Origin: Candidatus Fervidifonticultor sextus | GTDB lineage: Bacteria > Sysuimicrobiota > Sysuimicrobiia > Sysuimicrobiales > Humicultoraceae | Length of the DNA stretch: 64,000 nt | Direction of reading: 5' to 3' | Assembly (NCBI GenBank): GCA_031459875.1 | Contig: JAVKHQ010000008.1 | Span: 1 to 64,000, forward strand | Part shown: piece after piece, positions 1 to 11,047 of the stretch | Layout of the letters: each line of letters opens with the position of its first letter | Position numbering within the stretch: the first letter of the stretch is position 1 | Translations under genes and position numbers: made by a program | Notes under the pieces: generated by a model | What the model saw: only the letters and a program-made list of their open reading frames with translations | Told to the model about the DNA's origin: nothing | The model's database searches: none

Positions 1-1216
1 CCCGTCCGGCCCGCGCGCCGAAGACCAGCAGTTCCGGCAGGGAGTTGGAGCCCAGCCGGTTGGCCCCGTTGATGCTGACGCAGGCGCACTCGCCGGCCGC
101 GTAGAGCCCGGGCAGGGGGGTCGCACCGTGGACGTCGGTGTGGATCCCGCCCATCATGTAGTGGACCACCGGCCGCACCGGGATGAGTTCGCGGGCAGGG
201 TCGATCCCGGCGTAGTGGAGGGTCAGTTCCCGCACGAAGGGCAGCCGTTCCCTGATCGTCTTCTCCCCCAGGTGCCGCAGGTCCAGGTGCACCACATCGC
301 CGTAGGGACCCTTGACGGTCCGGCCCCTGTGCATCTCGTGCACGAACGCCTGGGAGAGCCGATCCCGGGGCCCCATCTCCATGGCGCGCAGACGCGGCCA
401 CGGCTCGGGGGGCCCCAGGCCATAGTCCTGGAGGTAGCGGTAGCCGTCCTTGTTGAGCAGGACGCCGCCCTCGGCGCGCGCGGCCTCGGTGATGAGGATG
501 CCGGTGGGCGGCAGCCCGGTGGGGTGGTACTGCACGAACTCCATGTCCTTGAGGGGCACGCCGGCCCGGTAGGCCAGGGCCATGCCGTCGCCGGTGCAGA
601 TGGCGCCGTTGGTCGTGAAGGGATAGATGCGCCCGGCGCCTCCGGTGCACAGGATCACCGCCCTGGCGGTGACCGGGTACAGGCGGCCGGTGCGCAGTTC
701 GATGGCGGCGGCGCCCTGGCAGCGTCCGTCGTCCACCAGCAGCCTGGTCGCAAACCACTCGTCGTAGCGCGTGATGGACGGGTACTTCAACGAGGTCTGG
801 AACAGCGTGTGGAGCATATGGAAGCCTGTCTTGTCGGCGGCGAACCACGTGCGCTCGATCCGCATGCCGCCGAAGGGCCGCACCGCCACGCGCCCGTCGG
901 GCTCGCGGCTCCACGGGCACCCCCAGCGCTCCATCCGGAGCATCTCGGCCGGGGCTTCCCGCACGAAGGCCTCGACGGCGTCCTGGTCGGCCAGCCAGTC
1001 CGAGCCGGCGATGGTGTCCTCGATGTGGGCCGCAGGCGAATCGTCGGGTTTGATCACCGCGGCCGCGCCGCCTTCCGCCGAGACGGTGTGGCTGCGCATG
1101 GGATAGACCTTCGAGAGGATGGCGATGTCCAGGCGGGGGTCCAGTTCCGCCGCGGCGATAGCCGCCCGCAGACCGGCCCCCCCGCCGCCAATGATCAAAA
1201 TGTCGTGCTCGGACAT
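1..1216 (-). CDS. sdhA: Succinate dehydrogenase/fumarate reductase flavoprotein subunit (partial, runs off left edge)
   Basis: Not in the ORF track. Manual translation from ATG 1216 gives [24 protein letters not shown]...[16 protein letters not shown] (FAD-His motif)...[18 protein letters not shown]...THFIMGGI-like (TVHYMMGGI). An in-frame GTG at 1222 is an alternative start. Confidence 0.93.
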   Translation of the reverse strand, partial: MSEHDILIIGGGGAGLRAAIAAAELDPRLDIAILSKVYPMRSHTVSAEGGAAAVIKPDDSPAAHIEDTIAGSDWLADQDAVEAFVREAPAEMLRMERWGCPWSREPDGRVAVRPFGGMRIERTWFAADKTGFHMLHTLFQTSLKYPSITRYDEWFATRLLVDDGRCQGAAAIELRTGRLYPVTARAVILCTGGAGRIYPFTTNGAICTGDGMALAYRAGVPLKDMEFVQYHPTGLPPTGILITEAARAEGGVLLNKDGYRYLQDYGLGPPEPWPRLRAMEMGPRDRLSQAFVHEMHRGRTVKGPYGDVVHLDLRHLGEKTIRERLPFVRELTLHYAGIDPARELIPVRPVVHYMMGGIHTDVHGATPLPGLYAAGECACVSINGANRLGSNSLPELLVFGARAGR

Positions 1217-1250
1217 GCTCACCCCCGGTGCAGTGTCCGGGCAGGTCTTG

Positions 1251-2672
<1,422 letters not shown>

Positions 2673-2723
2673 GGTCCCGCCTCCTTCGGGGCTGGCCGCG
2701 GGACGCGGCACGCGCCGCCCAGA

Positions 2724-3119
2724 CTACGGGCCCGCCGGCGGCTGGAAGGTGAAGAGGACGAGCGCCCCCAGCGCCGCAAACACGACCCCGACAATCCAGA
2801 GCGCCGCTTCGGCGGCCACGCGCCAGCCGCGGTGGTGGATGTAGTCGTCGAAGATCCCGCGCAGGCCCACCAGCCCGTGCGAGAGCGCGAAGAGCAGGAT
2901 GACCAGGTCATAGGTCCGCCACAGGGGCCCGCCGAACCGCTCGGCGACGAAGCGGAAGTCGATGGTGTCGGTGGAGTTGAGAACATGCATGATGTAGAGG
3001 TGGCCGATCACCAGCCCCACCATGGCGACCGCCGAGACCCGCATGTAGAACCACAGCACCAGCGGGAGTCCGCCGGCGGGCCGCTCGCGGTCGCCGGCGC
3101 GCGCCAGGCCGGCCCTCAT
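2724..3119 (-). CDS. sdhD: Succinate dehydrogenase hydrophobic anchor subunit
   Basis: Three TM helices, WFYMRVSA and HGLVGLRGIFDDY motif; overlaps the sdhC stop. Confidence 0.88.
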   Translation of the reverse strand: MRAGLARAGDRERPAGGLPLVLWFYMRVSAVAMVGLVIGHLYIMHVLNSTDTIDFRFVAERFGGPLWRTYDLVILLFALSHGLVGLRGIFDDYIHHRGWRVAAEAALWIVGVVFAALGALVLFTFQPPAGP

Positions 3120-3472
3120 CGCAGTCCCACCAGCCCGCCGAGCATGAGGTAGGCCACCGGGAGCAGCAGCACGGCGTACAGTCCGGCTCCCACCCAGAAC
3201 ATGCGCCGGTAGGTCGCCGACGGGGTGGGCAGGAAGTCCAGGATCATAACCAGCAGGCCGTTGCCGGCGTGGTAGAGCACCGCCGCCACCAGCAGGAACT
3301 CCAGCGGCTTGAACCAGGGCTGGCGGTAGAGGGCGATGGCGCGGTTGTAGGCGTCGGGACCGACGAGCAGCATCGAGGTCTCGACGATGTGCATCAGGAG
3401 GAAGAGCAGGACGGCGACGCCGGTCACGCGGTGCAGGGCCCAGGCGAGCATGCCTGGATGACCACGATACAC
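3116..3472 (-). CDS. sdhC: Succinate dehydrogenase cytochrome b556 subunit
   Basis: YRGHPGMLAWALHRVTG...YHAGNGL motifs; GTG 3472 preceded by GGGAGGGG RBS. Confidence 0.9.
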   Translation of the reverse strand: MYRGHPGMLAWALHRVTGVAVLLFLLMHIVETSMLLVGPDAYNRAIALYRQPWFKPLEFLLVAAVLYHAGNGLLVMILDFLPTPSATYRRMFWVGAGLYAVLLLPVAYLMLGGLVGLR

Positions 3473-3717
3473 CAGACCCCTCCCAACGCCACGGTCAAGG
3501 CAATCTGCGCACCATTCACTTCGGTATGTCCGCGCGTCGCTCCTCCGGGCAGGGGCCTGGCCGCCACCCACCGGCCGTGCGCGAAGTGCGACCGCCCACC
3601 CGGTTCAGCACGGGTTCGGTCCGTGATGGCCGGCCAGGTTGTTGAACCCCCTCCGGGGTTTGGAGTACAGTGGAGCGGGATTCTCCGCACATCTCGTGCC
3701 CGGAAAGGATGCGCTCC

Positions 3718-4650
3718 ATGGTGACCCGCCCCAAGGTCTCGATCATCGGCGCCGGGACCGTCGGCACCGCCACCGCCCACTGGATCGCCAGCCGCCACCT
3801 GGCCGACGTGGTGCTGGTGGACATCATCGAGGGCCTGCCGCAGGGGAAGGCCCTCGACCTCCTGCAGGCAGGACCCATCGCCGGTTTCGATGCGAAGATT
3901 ACCGGGAGCACCGACTATGCGGCGACGGCCGGGTCGGACGTCGTGGTCATCACCGCCGGCATCGCGCGCAAGCCGGGCATGACCCGGGAGCAGTTGATCG
4001 ACACCAACGCCGGCATCATGCGCAGCATCATCGGGCCGGTGGTGCACCACTCCCCCGACGCCATCCTGCTGGTGGTGACCAATCCGCTGGACGCCATGAC
4101 CTACCTGACCTACAAGGCGGCCGGCCTGCCGCGGGAGCGGGTCATCGGCGAGTCGGGCGCCCTGGACTCGACGCGGTTCCGCACCTTCCTGGCGATGGCG
4201 CTGGGTGTGTCGGTGGAGGACGTCCACGCCCTGGTGATCGGCGCCCACACCGACAAAGACATGGTGCCGCTCCCGCGCTACGCGGCCGTGCGCGGCATCC
4301 CCATCTCGCACTTCCTGACCCCGGCGCAGATCGAGGCGGTCGTGGCCCGCACCCGCCGCGGCGGCGCCGAGATCACCGAACTGATGAAGGCCAGTGCGTT
4401 CACGGCCCCCGGCGCCTCGGTCTGCGAGATGGTCGAGGCGATCCTGCGGGACCGGAAGCGGGTCATCCCGTGCTGTGTCTACCTGGACGGCGAGTACGGC
4501 GAGCGGGACGTCTGCGTGGGGGTGCCGGTGATCCTGGGCGCCGGCGGGATGGAGCGGATCATCGAGATCCCCCTGGATGACGCGGAGCGTGCAGCGTTTC
4601 GGGCCTCGGTGGGCGCAATCCGGGAGATGCTGGGGGCACTGACAGTCTAG
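3718..4650 (+). CDS. mdh: Malate dehydrogenase (LDH-like)
   Basis: IIGAGTVG Rossmann motif, ARKPGMTRE substrate loop with the malate-specific Arg, VTNPLD, LDSTRF. Start approximate. Confidence 0.92.
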   Translation: MVTRPKVSIIGAGTVGTATAHWIASRHLADVVLVDIIEGLPQGKALDLLQAGPIAGFDAKITGSTDYAATAGSDVVVITAGIARKPGMTREQLIDTNAGIMRSIIGPVVHHSPDAILLVVTNPLDAMTYLTYKAAGLPRERVIGESGALDSTRFRTFLAMALGVSVEDVHALVIGAHTDKDMVPLPRYAAVRGIPISHFLTPAQIEAVVARTRRGGAEITELMKASAFTAPGASVCEMVEAILRDRKRVIPCCVYLDGEYGERDVCVGVPVILGAGGMERIIEIPLDDAERAAFRASVGAIREMLGALTV

Positions 4651-4671
4651 GGGAGCCCTGCAGTGCCCCCC

Positions 4672-5277
4672 ATGTCCACCACCACCATGCGCGTCGAGCC
4701 CGTCGTGCTCGACGGCACCCACGTCCCGCTGGAGCCGCTCTCCCTCGACCACCACGCCCAGCTCTGTGAGGCCGGCCTGGACCAGGACCTGCTGCGGTGG
4801 ACGGAGGCGTACGAGCCCACGCCGGAGGGCCTGCGCGCCTACATCGAGGCCGCGCTCCGGCTCCAGGCTGAGGGAACGGCGCTGCCGTTCGCCGTGATCA
4901 GCAAGGCCGCCGGCCGCTCGGTCGGCAGCACCCGGTACGGCCACATCGACCGGGCCCACCGGCGAGTCGAGATCGGGTGGACGTGGTACGGCCGGCCCTG
5001 GCAGCGCACCGCGGTGAACACCGAGGCCAAGTACCTGCTGCTGCGCCACGCGTTTGAAGTCCTCGGCTGCATCCGTGTGGAGTTCAAGACCGACGTGCTG
5101 AACGAGTGGTCTCGTCAGGCGCTGGTGCGGATCGGTGCCCGGGAGGAGGGCGTCTTCCGGAAGCACATGATCTTGCCCAGCGGCCGCATCCGGGACACGG
5201 TATACGACAGCATCGTCGTGGACGAATGGCCCGCCGTGAAGGCGCGGCTTGAGAGGCTGCTCACCGGGGGGACCTGA
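4672..5277 (+). CDS. GNAT family N-acetyltransferase (RimJ/RimL-like)
   Basis: VGSTRY...HRRVEIGWTW...QRTAVNTEAKYLLLRHAFE...RVEFKTD...GAREEGVFRKH pattern. Confidence 0.85.
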   Translation: MSTTTMRVEPVVLDGTHVPLEPLSLDHHAQLCEAGLDQDLLRWTEAYEPTPEGLRAYIEAALRLQAEGTALPFAVISKAAGRSVGSTRYGHIDRAHRRVEIGWTWYGRPWQRTAVNTEAKYLLLRHAFEVLGCIRVEFKTDVLNEWSRQALVRIGAREEGVFRKHMILPSGRIRDTVYDSIVVDEWPAVKARLERLLTGGT

Positions 5278-5343
5278 GCGGCGCCCGGGCTGACCCGGAA
5301 CCCGGTCGCACCGTGGCGTCGTCGTGATCGAAGGAGCACGCCG

Positions 5344-6450
5344 ATGAAGCTCCACGAGTACCAGGCCAAGGAGTTCTTCGCCGCTTACGGCATCCCCGTC
5401 CAGCGGGGGACCGTTATCGAGCGGCCGGAGCAGATCGACGAGATCGCCATCCCCTATCCCGTCGTGCTCAAAGCCCAGGTCCTGGTGGGCGGACGGGGCA
5501 AGGCGGGCGGCATCCAACTGGCCGCCGACCCCGCCGAGGCACGGCGGAAGGCGGCAGCGATCCTGGGGATGGAGATCAAGGGCGAGCGCGTGCGCCGCCT
5601 GCTGGTGGTCCAGGCCGCGAACATCGGCGCCGAGTACTACCTGGCGTTCACCGTGGACCGCAGCGCCCGGCAACTGGTCTGCATCGCATCGGCCGCAGGG
5701 GGCGTGGACATCGAGGAAGTCGCCCGGACGGCACCCGAGCAAATCGTCAAGCACCACGTGGATCCCTTTGGGGGATTTCATGCGTATCACGCGAGGCAGA
5801 TCGGCCGCACGCTCGGTCTCGAGGGGGGGCCCCTCCTCCAGTTTGCTTCCATCGCACACGCCCTGTACCGGCTCTGTACGGAGATGGACGCGGAACTGGC
5901 CGAGATCAACCCCCTGGCCGTCGCCGACGGCGACCTGCTGGCGGTGGACGCCAAGCTCATCATCGACGACAACGCCGTGTGGCGGCACGAGGGCCTGCCG
6001 CGCAACGAGGAACTGACGGAACTCGAGGCCGCCGCACGACGCCACGACCTCTCCTACGTCGAACTCGACGGCGACGTGGCCATCATTGGCAACGGCGCCG
6101 GCCTAGTCATGTCCACGCTGGACATGATCGCGCACTTCGGGGGGCGTCCGGCCAACTTCCTCGACGTGGGCGGGGGGGCGACCACGGAGAACATGGCCCA
6201 GGCGATGAGCATCGTACTGCGCAAGCCCGGTGTACGCGCGCTGTTCGTCAACATCTTCGGCGGGATCACCCGGTGCGACGACATCGCCCGCGCCATCGCG
6301 GCCCAGCCGCCGCCGGTGCCGATGGTGGTCCGCCTGACCGGGACCAACGAGGACGAGGGGCGGGCGATCCTGGAGCGCGCGGGGATCCACGCCTTCACCG
6401 ACCCGGAGGCCGCGGCCCGGGAGGTCGTGGCGCTGGCGGGCAGGACGTAG
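5344..6450 (+). CDS. sucC: Succinyl-CoA synthetase beta subunit
   Basis: MKLHEYQAKE, KAQVLVGGRGKAGG, EINPL, GNGAGLVM, ANFLDVGGG, NIFGGITRCD. Confidence 0.96.
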   Translation: MKLHEYQAKEFFAAYGIPVQRGTVIERPEQIDEIAIPYPVVLKAQVLVGGRGKAGGIQLAADPAEARRKAAAILGMEIKGERVRRLLVVQAANIGAEYYLAFTVDRSARQLVCIASAAGGVDIEEVARTAPEQIVKHHVDPFGGFHAYHARQIGRTLGLEGGPLLQFASIAHALYRLCTEMDAELAEINPLAVADGDLLAVDAKLIIDDNAVWRHEGLPRNEELTELEAAARRHDLSYVELDGDVAIIGNGAGLVMSTLDMIAHFGGRPANFLDVGGGATTENMAQAMSIVLRKPGVRALFVNIFGGITRCDDIARAIAAQPPPVPMVVRLTGTNEDEGRAILERAGIHAFTDPEAAAREVVALAGRT

Positions 6451-7371
6451 GTGCGGCCGGTCCGCCGCTTCCGGGTCTGGGCGCTGTGCCGGGCCACGGT
6501 GCTGGCCGTCCCGCTCCTCGTTCTGGCCTGGGCGCTGGTGTCGGGGGGGGCTGGACCCCAGGCTCCGGCCCCACCGGCGGCCCGACACGTCGTGCTGCTC
6601 TCCCTGGACGGCGCGCGGGCCGATGCCGTCCGGGCAGCGGTGCCCCCGGCACTGGCGGCCCGGGGCGCCGTCTCCTGGACGGCCCAGACCATCTCGCCCA
6701 GCCTGACCCTGCCGTCCCATGCCTCGATGCTCTCCGGGGTGCCCCCGGCCGTGCACGGGGTGACCTTCAACGACTGGCGCGAGGGTCAGCCGTACTTTGC
6801 GCGCGCCAGCATCTTCACGCAGGTCGCCAGGAGCGGCGGACAGGCGGCGGCGTTTGTCCACAAGGCCAAGATGCTGATGTTCATGCCGGCGGGATCGGGG
6901 ACGACCGCTCGCTTCCTGCGCTACCCTCGCGTCGGGCAGGCGGAGGTGGTGGACACCGCGGCGCGGTTCTTCGCCGCGGCCCGCCCGACCCTGCTCTTCA
7001 TCCACGTGGCCGACCCCGATGCGGTCGGGCACGCCCAGGGATGGATGGGCGAGGCATACCTCCGGGTCATTGCGGGGATTCCCGCATTGATCGAGCGGCT
7101 CCTCCGGGTCCTCGACGACGCCGGCGTCGCCGATGCGGCGCTGGTAATCGTGACCGCCGACCACGGGGGCCACGGTCGGACCCACGGGACGAACCGGCCG
7201 GAGGACATGACCATCCCCTGGATGGCCTTCGGCGGCGCGGCCCGGCCGGGGAGCATCCAGCAGCGCGTGGTGACCTACGATACCGCTGCCACGGTGCTCG
7301 CCGCATTGGGGCTCCCCGTCCCGGGCGACTGGCAGGGCCGGCCGGTGATGGGGGCGCTGAGGAATCCCTAG
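6451..7371 (+). CDS. Exported alkaline phosphatase superfamily protein (nucleotide pyrophosphatase/phosphodiesterase-like)
   Basis: N-terminal hydrophobic segment, LSLDG, PSLTLPSHASMLSG (Thr nucleophile), DPDAVGH, TADHGG, HG. Confidence 0.82.
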   Translation: MRPVRRFRVWALCRATVLAVPLLVLAWALVSGGAGPQAPAPPAARHVVLLSLDGARADAVRAAVPPALAARGAVSWTAQTISPSLTLPSHASMLSGVPPAVHGVTFNDWREGQPYFARASIFTQVARSGGQAAAFVHKAKMLMFMPAGSGTTARFLRYPRVGQAEVVDTAARFFAAARPTLLFIHVADPDAVGHAQGWMGEAYLRVIAGIPALIERLLRVLDDAGVADAALVIVTADHGGHGRTHGTNRPEDMTIPWMAFGGAARPGSIQQRVVTYDTAATVLAALGLPVPGDWQGRPVMGALRNP

Positions 7372-7393
7372 AGGAGCCACGGGGGAGGAGCCG

Positions 7394-8260
7394 ATGGCCA
7401 TTCTCGTCGATGAGCACACCCGGGTCCTGGTGCAGGGGATCACCGGCTACCAGGGCGAGTTCCACACCCGCCGCATGCTGGAGTTCGGCACGAAGGTCGT
7501 CGCCGGCACCTCGCCCGGCAAGGGCGGCCAGGCGGTCGCCGGGGTGCCGGTGTTCGACACCGTCGCCGAGGCCGTCGAGCGGACCGGCGCCACAGCGTCG
7601 TGCATCTTCGTCCCGGCGCGGGGGGCCAAGGACGCGGCCATGGAAGCCATCGCCTCGCGCCTGGATCCCGTGGTCATCATCACCGAACACATCCCGGTCC
7701 ACGATGCCATCCGGATCGTCGCCGCCGCACGCGCGGCCCGCGTCTCCGTGGTGGGTCCCAACGGTCCGGGCGTCACCTCGCCCGGACGGTGCAAGATCGG
7801 TATCATGCCCAACCATCTCTTCCGCCGGGGCGGCGTCGGGCTGGTCTCGCGCAGCGGGACGCTGACGTATGAGATCGTCGCCGGGCTCACGCGTGCGGGG
7901 TTGGGCCAGAGCACGGCGCTGGGTCTGGGCGGGGATCCGGTGGTCGGTCTGAGCTTCCAGGAGGCCATCCGGCTGTTCAACGAGGATCCCGAGACCGAGG
8001 CCATCGTCATGGTGGGGGAGATCGGCGGGAGCGCCGAAGAAGAGGCGGCCCGGTTCATCCAGGCGTCGGTGCGCAAGCCGGTGGTCGGCTACATCGCCGG
8101 CCTGACCGCGCCGCCTGGCAAGCGCATGGGGCATGCCGGCGCGGTCATCTCGGGGGGCGAGGGGACCGCGCAGGCGAAGATCGCCGCGCTGCAGGCCGCC
8201 GGCGTCCGGGTCGTGGAACTGCCCGGCCGCGTGGCCGACGCCCTGCGGGCGCTCCTGTAG
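7394..8260 (+). CDS. sucD: Succinyl-CoA synthetase alpha subunit
   Basis: VQGITG...FH, SRSGTLTYE, GEIGG, RMGHAGA (phospho-His). Confidence 0.96.
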   Translation: MAILVDEHTRVLVQGITGYQGEFHTRRMLEFGTKVVAGTSPGKGGQAVAGVPVFDTVAEAVERTGATASCIFVPARGAKDAAMEAIASRLDPVVIITEHIPVHDAIRIVAAARAARVSVVGPNGPGVTSPGRCKIGIMPNHLFRRGGVGLVSRSGTLTYEIVAGLTRAGLGQSTALGLGGDPVVGLSFQEAIRLFNEDPETEAIVMVGEIGGSAEEEAARFIQASVRKPVVGYIAGLTAPPGKRMGHAGAVISGGEGTAQAKIAALQAAGVRVVELPGRVADALRALL

Positions 8261-8300
8261 ATCCTTCCGGTCCCAGCCGGGGACCGAATCGCGGCCTGAC

Positions 8301-8309
8301 TGATATACT
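8301..8309 (+). promoter_or_regulatory. Putative extended -10 element for the yvlD-rapZ-yvcK unit
   Basis: TGaTATACT about 40 bp upstream of GTG 8349, in a GC-rich background. Confidence 0.45.
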
Positions 8310-8348
8310 CAAGGGAGGTCAGTCAGGCTGCGTCGGGAGGAGAGGAGC

Positions 8349-8696
8349 GTGGTCGGCGGCTTCCTGGTCCGCTGGGTGTTCAACGCGATCGGCATCTATG
8401 TCGCCACCCGGGTGGTCCCGGGGCTCAGAGCCCCGGATCCGGGTGCCGTCCTGATCGCCGCATTGGTCCTGGGGCTGGTCAACGCCTCCATCCGCTGGGT
8501 CGTCCTGATTCTGACCCTGCCCTTCAACATCCTGACCCTGGGATTGTTCACGCTCGTGGTCAACGCCCTCATGCTTTACCTGGTGGCGGCCATCGTCCCG
8601 GCGTCGCTGCAGATCGCCTCGTTCTGGTCGGCCTTCTGGGGGGCGCTGCTCATTGCCATCGTCAGTACGGGCCTCAGCCACCTCGCCGGACGGTAG
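8349..8696 (+). CDS. YvlD-like 4-TM membrane protein (holin superfamily IV)
   Basis: ALVLGLVNA...LTLPFNILTLGLFTLVVNALML signature. Confidence 0.85.
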   Translation: MVGGFLVRWVFNAIGIYVATRVVPGLRAPDPGAVLIAALVLGLVNASIRWVVLILTLPFNILTLGLFTLVVNALMLYLVAAIVPASLQIASFWSAFWGALLIAIVSTGLSHLAGR

Positions 8697-8711
8697 CCCG
8701 CCCCGAGCCCC

Positions 8712-9683
8712 ATGAGGCGCAGAATGGTGGCCCCCGGACTCCGCCGCGCGGCCCGCGCCCGGCGCCCGCGGGCGGTCCACCGTCGGGACGACCGGGTCCA
8801 GTTCGTGATCATCACCGGGCTCTCGGGCGCCGGGAAGTCGACGGCGCTCAAGGTCTTCGAGGACCTGGGCTTCTTCTGCGTGGACAACCTCCCGCCCGCC
8901 CTGCTCCCCACGTTCGCCGACCTGTGCCTGCACTCGGACGGGCGGATCCGCCGCGTCGCCCTGGGCATCGACATCCGGGGCCGCGAGTTCTTCGACGAAC
9001 TGTTCGCCGCCGTGGACGGCGTCAGTCGTCTGGGCGTTCGGGCCGAGATTCTCTTCCTGGATGCCGCCGACGACGTCCTGGTGCGGCGGTTCAAGGAGAC
9101 GCGCCGCAAGCATCCCCTGGCGCAGAGCGGCAGCATCCTCGACGGCATCCATGCCGAACGGCGGCGGCTGGAGGCGATCAAGGGTCGCGCGCACCGGATC
9201 ATCGACACCTCTACGCTGGCGGTCAGGGATCTGCGGAACGAGATTGCCTCGACCTACCTGCGTGACCGCGTCCGCGCCCGGCAACTGGAGATCAGCCTGG
9301 TGACCTTCGGCTACAAGTACGGCATCCCGATGGATGCCGACATGCTCTTCGACGTGCGCTTCCTGCCCAATCCGCACTACCAGGAGGGACTGCGCCGGTT
9401 GCCCGGGACCCACGCGCGGGTGCGGAAGTTCGTGCTGGGGCAGCCCGAGACGCGCGAGTTCATGGAGCGGCTCTATGAGTTCTCCAACTACCTGCTCCCC
9501 CAGTTCGTCCGGGAGGGCAAGACCCATCTAACCATCGGCCTGGGGTGCACCGGCGGCCGGCACCGCTCGGTGGTCCTGGGCGAGGTCCTGGCACGCCACC
9601 TCCGGCGCCTGGGACACCGCGTGCGGGTGCGGCACCGCGACCTGCGCAAGGACGAGCGGGAGGACGGCTCCGCCCATGATTGA
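8712..9683 (+). CDS. rapZ: RNase adapter / nucleotide-binding protein RapZ (YvcJ)
   Basis: IITGLSGAGKS P-loop, CVDNLP, FGYKYG, DVRFLPNP, GCTGGRHRSV. True start may be slightly downstream. Confidence 0.93.
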   Translation: MRRRMVAPGLRRAARARRPRAVHRRDDRVQFVIITGLSGAGKSTALKVFEDLGFFCVDNLPPALLPTFADLCLHSDGRIRRVALGIDIRGREFFDELFAAVDGVSRLGVRAEILFLDAADDVLVRRFKETRRKHPLAQSGSILDGIHAERRRLEAIKGRAHRIIDTSTLAVRDLRNEIASTYLRDRVRARQLEISLVTFGYKYGIPMDADMLFDVRFLPNPHYQEGLRRLPGTHARVRKFVLGQPETREFMERLYEFSNYLLPQFVREGKTHLTIGLGCTGGRHRSVVLGEVLARHLRRLGHRVRVRHRDLRKDEREDGSAHD

Positions 9684-11022
9684 GCAGTTGCACCGGTGGA
9701 AGCGCTGGCTGGCCCCGGGCCTGGGGATCAAACGCTGGGCCCTCGTCATCGCGGGAGGTGTCCTGCTCTTCAGCGCGGGCTTCTCCCTGCTGGTGGACAT
9801 CGGGGCGCTGCGGGCCTTCGAGGCTACGGTCTTCCGGCTCGCCGCCTGGCTCCACGCCGCAACCGGCGGTCTGGTCTCTGCGGGCGCCCTGGGGGTCATG
9901 GGGATCGTGCTCGGTGTGCTCATCGCCACCGTCGGCCTGCGGGGGACGCTGCGCTCCATTGACCGCGTGCTGTTCCCGACCGGACAGCCCACCCTGGTCG
10001 AGGCCCTCCGCGAGCGCCGGCGGCGGCGCCGGGGCCTGCACATCGTCGCCATGGGCGGCGGCACGGGGCTGGCCACGTTGCTCCGCGGCCTGAAGCACTA
10101 CACGTCCAACCTCAGCGCGGTCGTCACCGTGTTCGACGACGGGGGGTCCTCGGGTCGGCTCCGCCGCGAACTGGGCATCCTGCCCCCGGGCGACATCCGC
10201 CAGGTCCTGGTGGCCCTGGCCGAGGTCGAGCCGCTGATGACTCGCCTGTTCGAGCACCGGTTCCGCGGCGGGGCGCTGGACGGGCACGCCTTCGGCAACC
10301 TGTTCATCGCCAGCCTGACCGGCGTGACCGGGGACCTGGAACTGGCCATCAAGGAGACCAGCAAGGTGCTCAACATCCGGGGCCACGTGCTGCCCGCCAC
10401 CGGCGGTGACGTCGTGCTCGTCGCCGAACTCGAAGACGGCCGTCTCATCGAAGGGGAGTCCCACATTACCGCGGCCCGGGGCCGGATCCGCCGGGTCGCC
10501 CTGCGGCCGCCAGATGTCTATCCGCTTCCGGAAGTGCTGGAGGCGATTGCCGAAGCTGACCTCATCTTGATCGGGCCGGGCAGCCTCTACACCAGCGTCA
10601 TCCCCAACCTCCTCGTGCGGGGCATCGTCGACGCGGTGCGCGACGCCCAGGTGCCCTGCGTCTACATCTGCAACGTCATGACGCAGCCGGGCGAGACCGA
10701 CGGGTACACCGCCGCCGACCACGTCCGTGCCATCCACGCCCATGCCGGGGCCGCCCTCTTCTCCCACGTCATCGTGAACACCCAGCCTCCCCAGAACCGG
10801 GTGCTGCTGGAGCGGTATGCCGCGGAGGGCAGCGTACCGGTAGATCCCTCGCTGGCGGAGCTGGAGGGGATGGGTCTGACGCCGGTGGGCTTCGCCCTGA
10901 TGAGCGAGGAGGAACTGCTGCGCCACGACCCCGTCCGACTCGCCGCCGCCGTCTTCCAGGTGATGGCCATGGCCACGGGCCGACCGCACCGTGACCGCCG
11001 GCCCGCGCTGCTCCACCGGTAG
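9676..11022 (+). CDS. yvcK: YvcK/GlmR-family gluconeogenesis factor with N-terminal TM segments
   Basis: GGGTGL, DDGGSSGRLR, PPGDIR, GPGSLYTS, NVMTQPGET, RHD; follows rapZ. Confidence 0.9.
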   Translation: MIEQLHRWKRWLAPGLGIKRWALVIAGGVLLFSAGFSLLVDIGALRAFEATVFRLAAWLHAATGGLVSAGALGVMGIVLGVLIATVGLRGTLRSIDRVLFPTGQPTLVEALRERRRRRRGLHIVAMGGGTGLATLLRGLKHYTSNLSAVVTVFDDGGSSGRLRRELGILPPGDIRQVLVALAEVEPLMTRLFEHRFRGGALDGHAFGNLFIASLTGVTGDLELAIKETSKVLNIRGHVLPATGGDVVLVAELEDGRLIEGESHITAARGRIRRVALRPPDVYPLPEVLEAIAEADLILIGPGSLYTSVIPNLLVRGIVDAVRDAQVPCVYICNVMTQPGETDGYTAADHVRAIHAHAGAALFSHVIVNTQPPQNRVLLERYAAEGSVPVDPSLAELEGMGLTPVGFALMSEEELLRHDPVRLAAAVFQVMAMATGRPHRDRRPALLHR

Positions 11023-11047
11023 TTTGCGGGCGGAGGGGCACCCAAAC

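Noticed and set aside
3424..6045. Long ORFs antisense to or overlapping real genes (e.g. 128-1681, 1119-3152, 3424-6045, 20350-22536, 57178-60084)
   Set aside because: Shadow frames typical of high-GC DNA; they overlap well-supported genes and carry no recognisable motifs.
8349..8696. 'Phage holin' as a sign of a prophage
   Set aside because: YvlD-like proteins are ordinary chromosomal neighbours of rapZ, and no phage genes are nearby.
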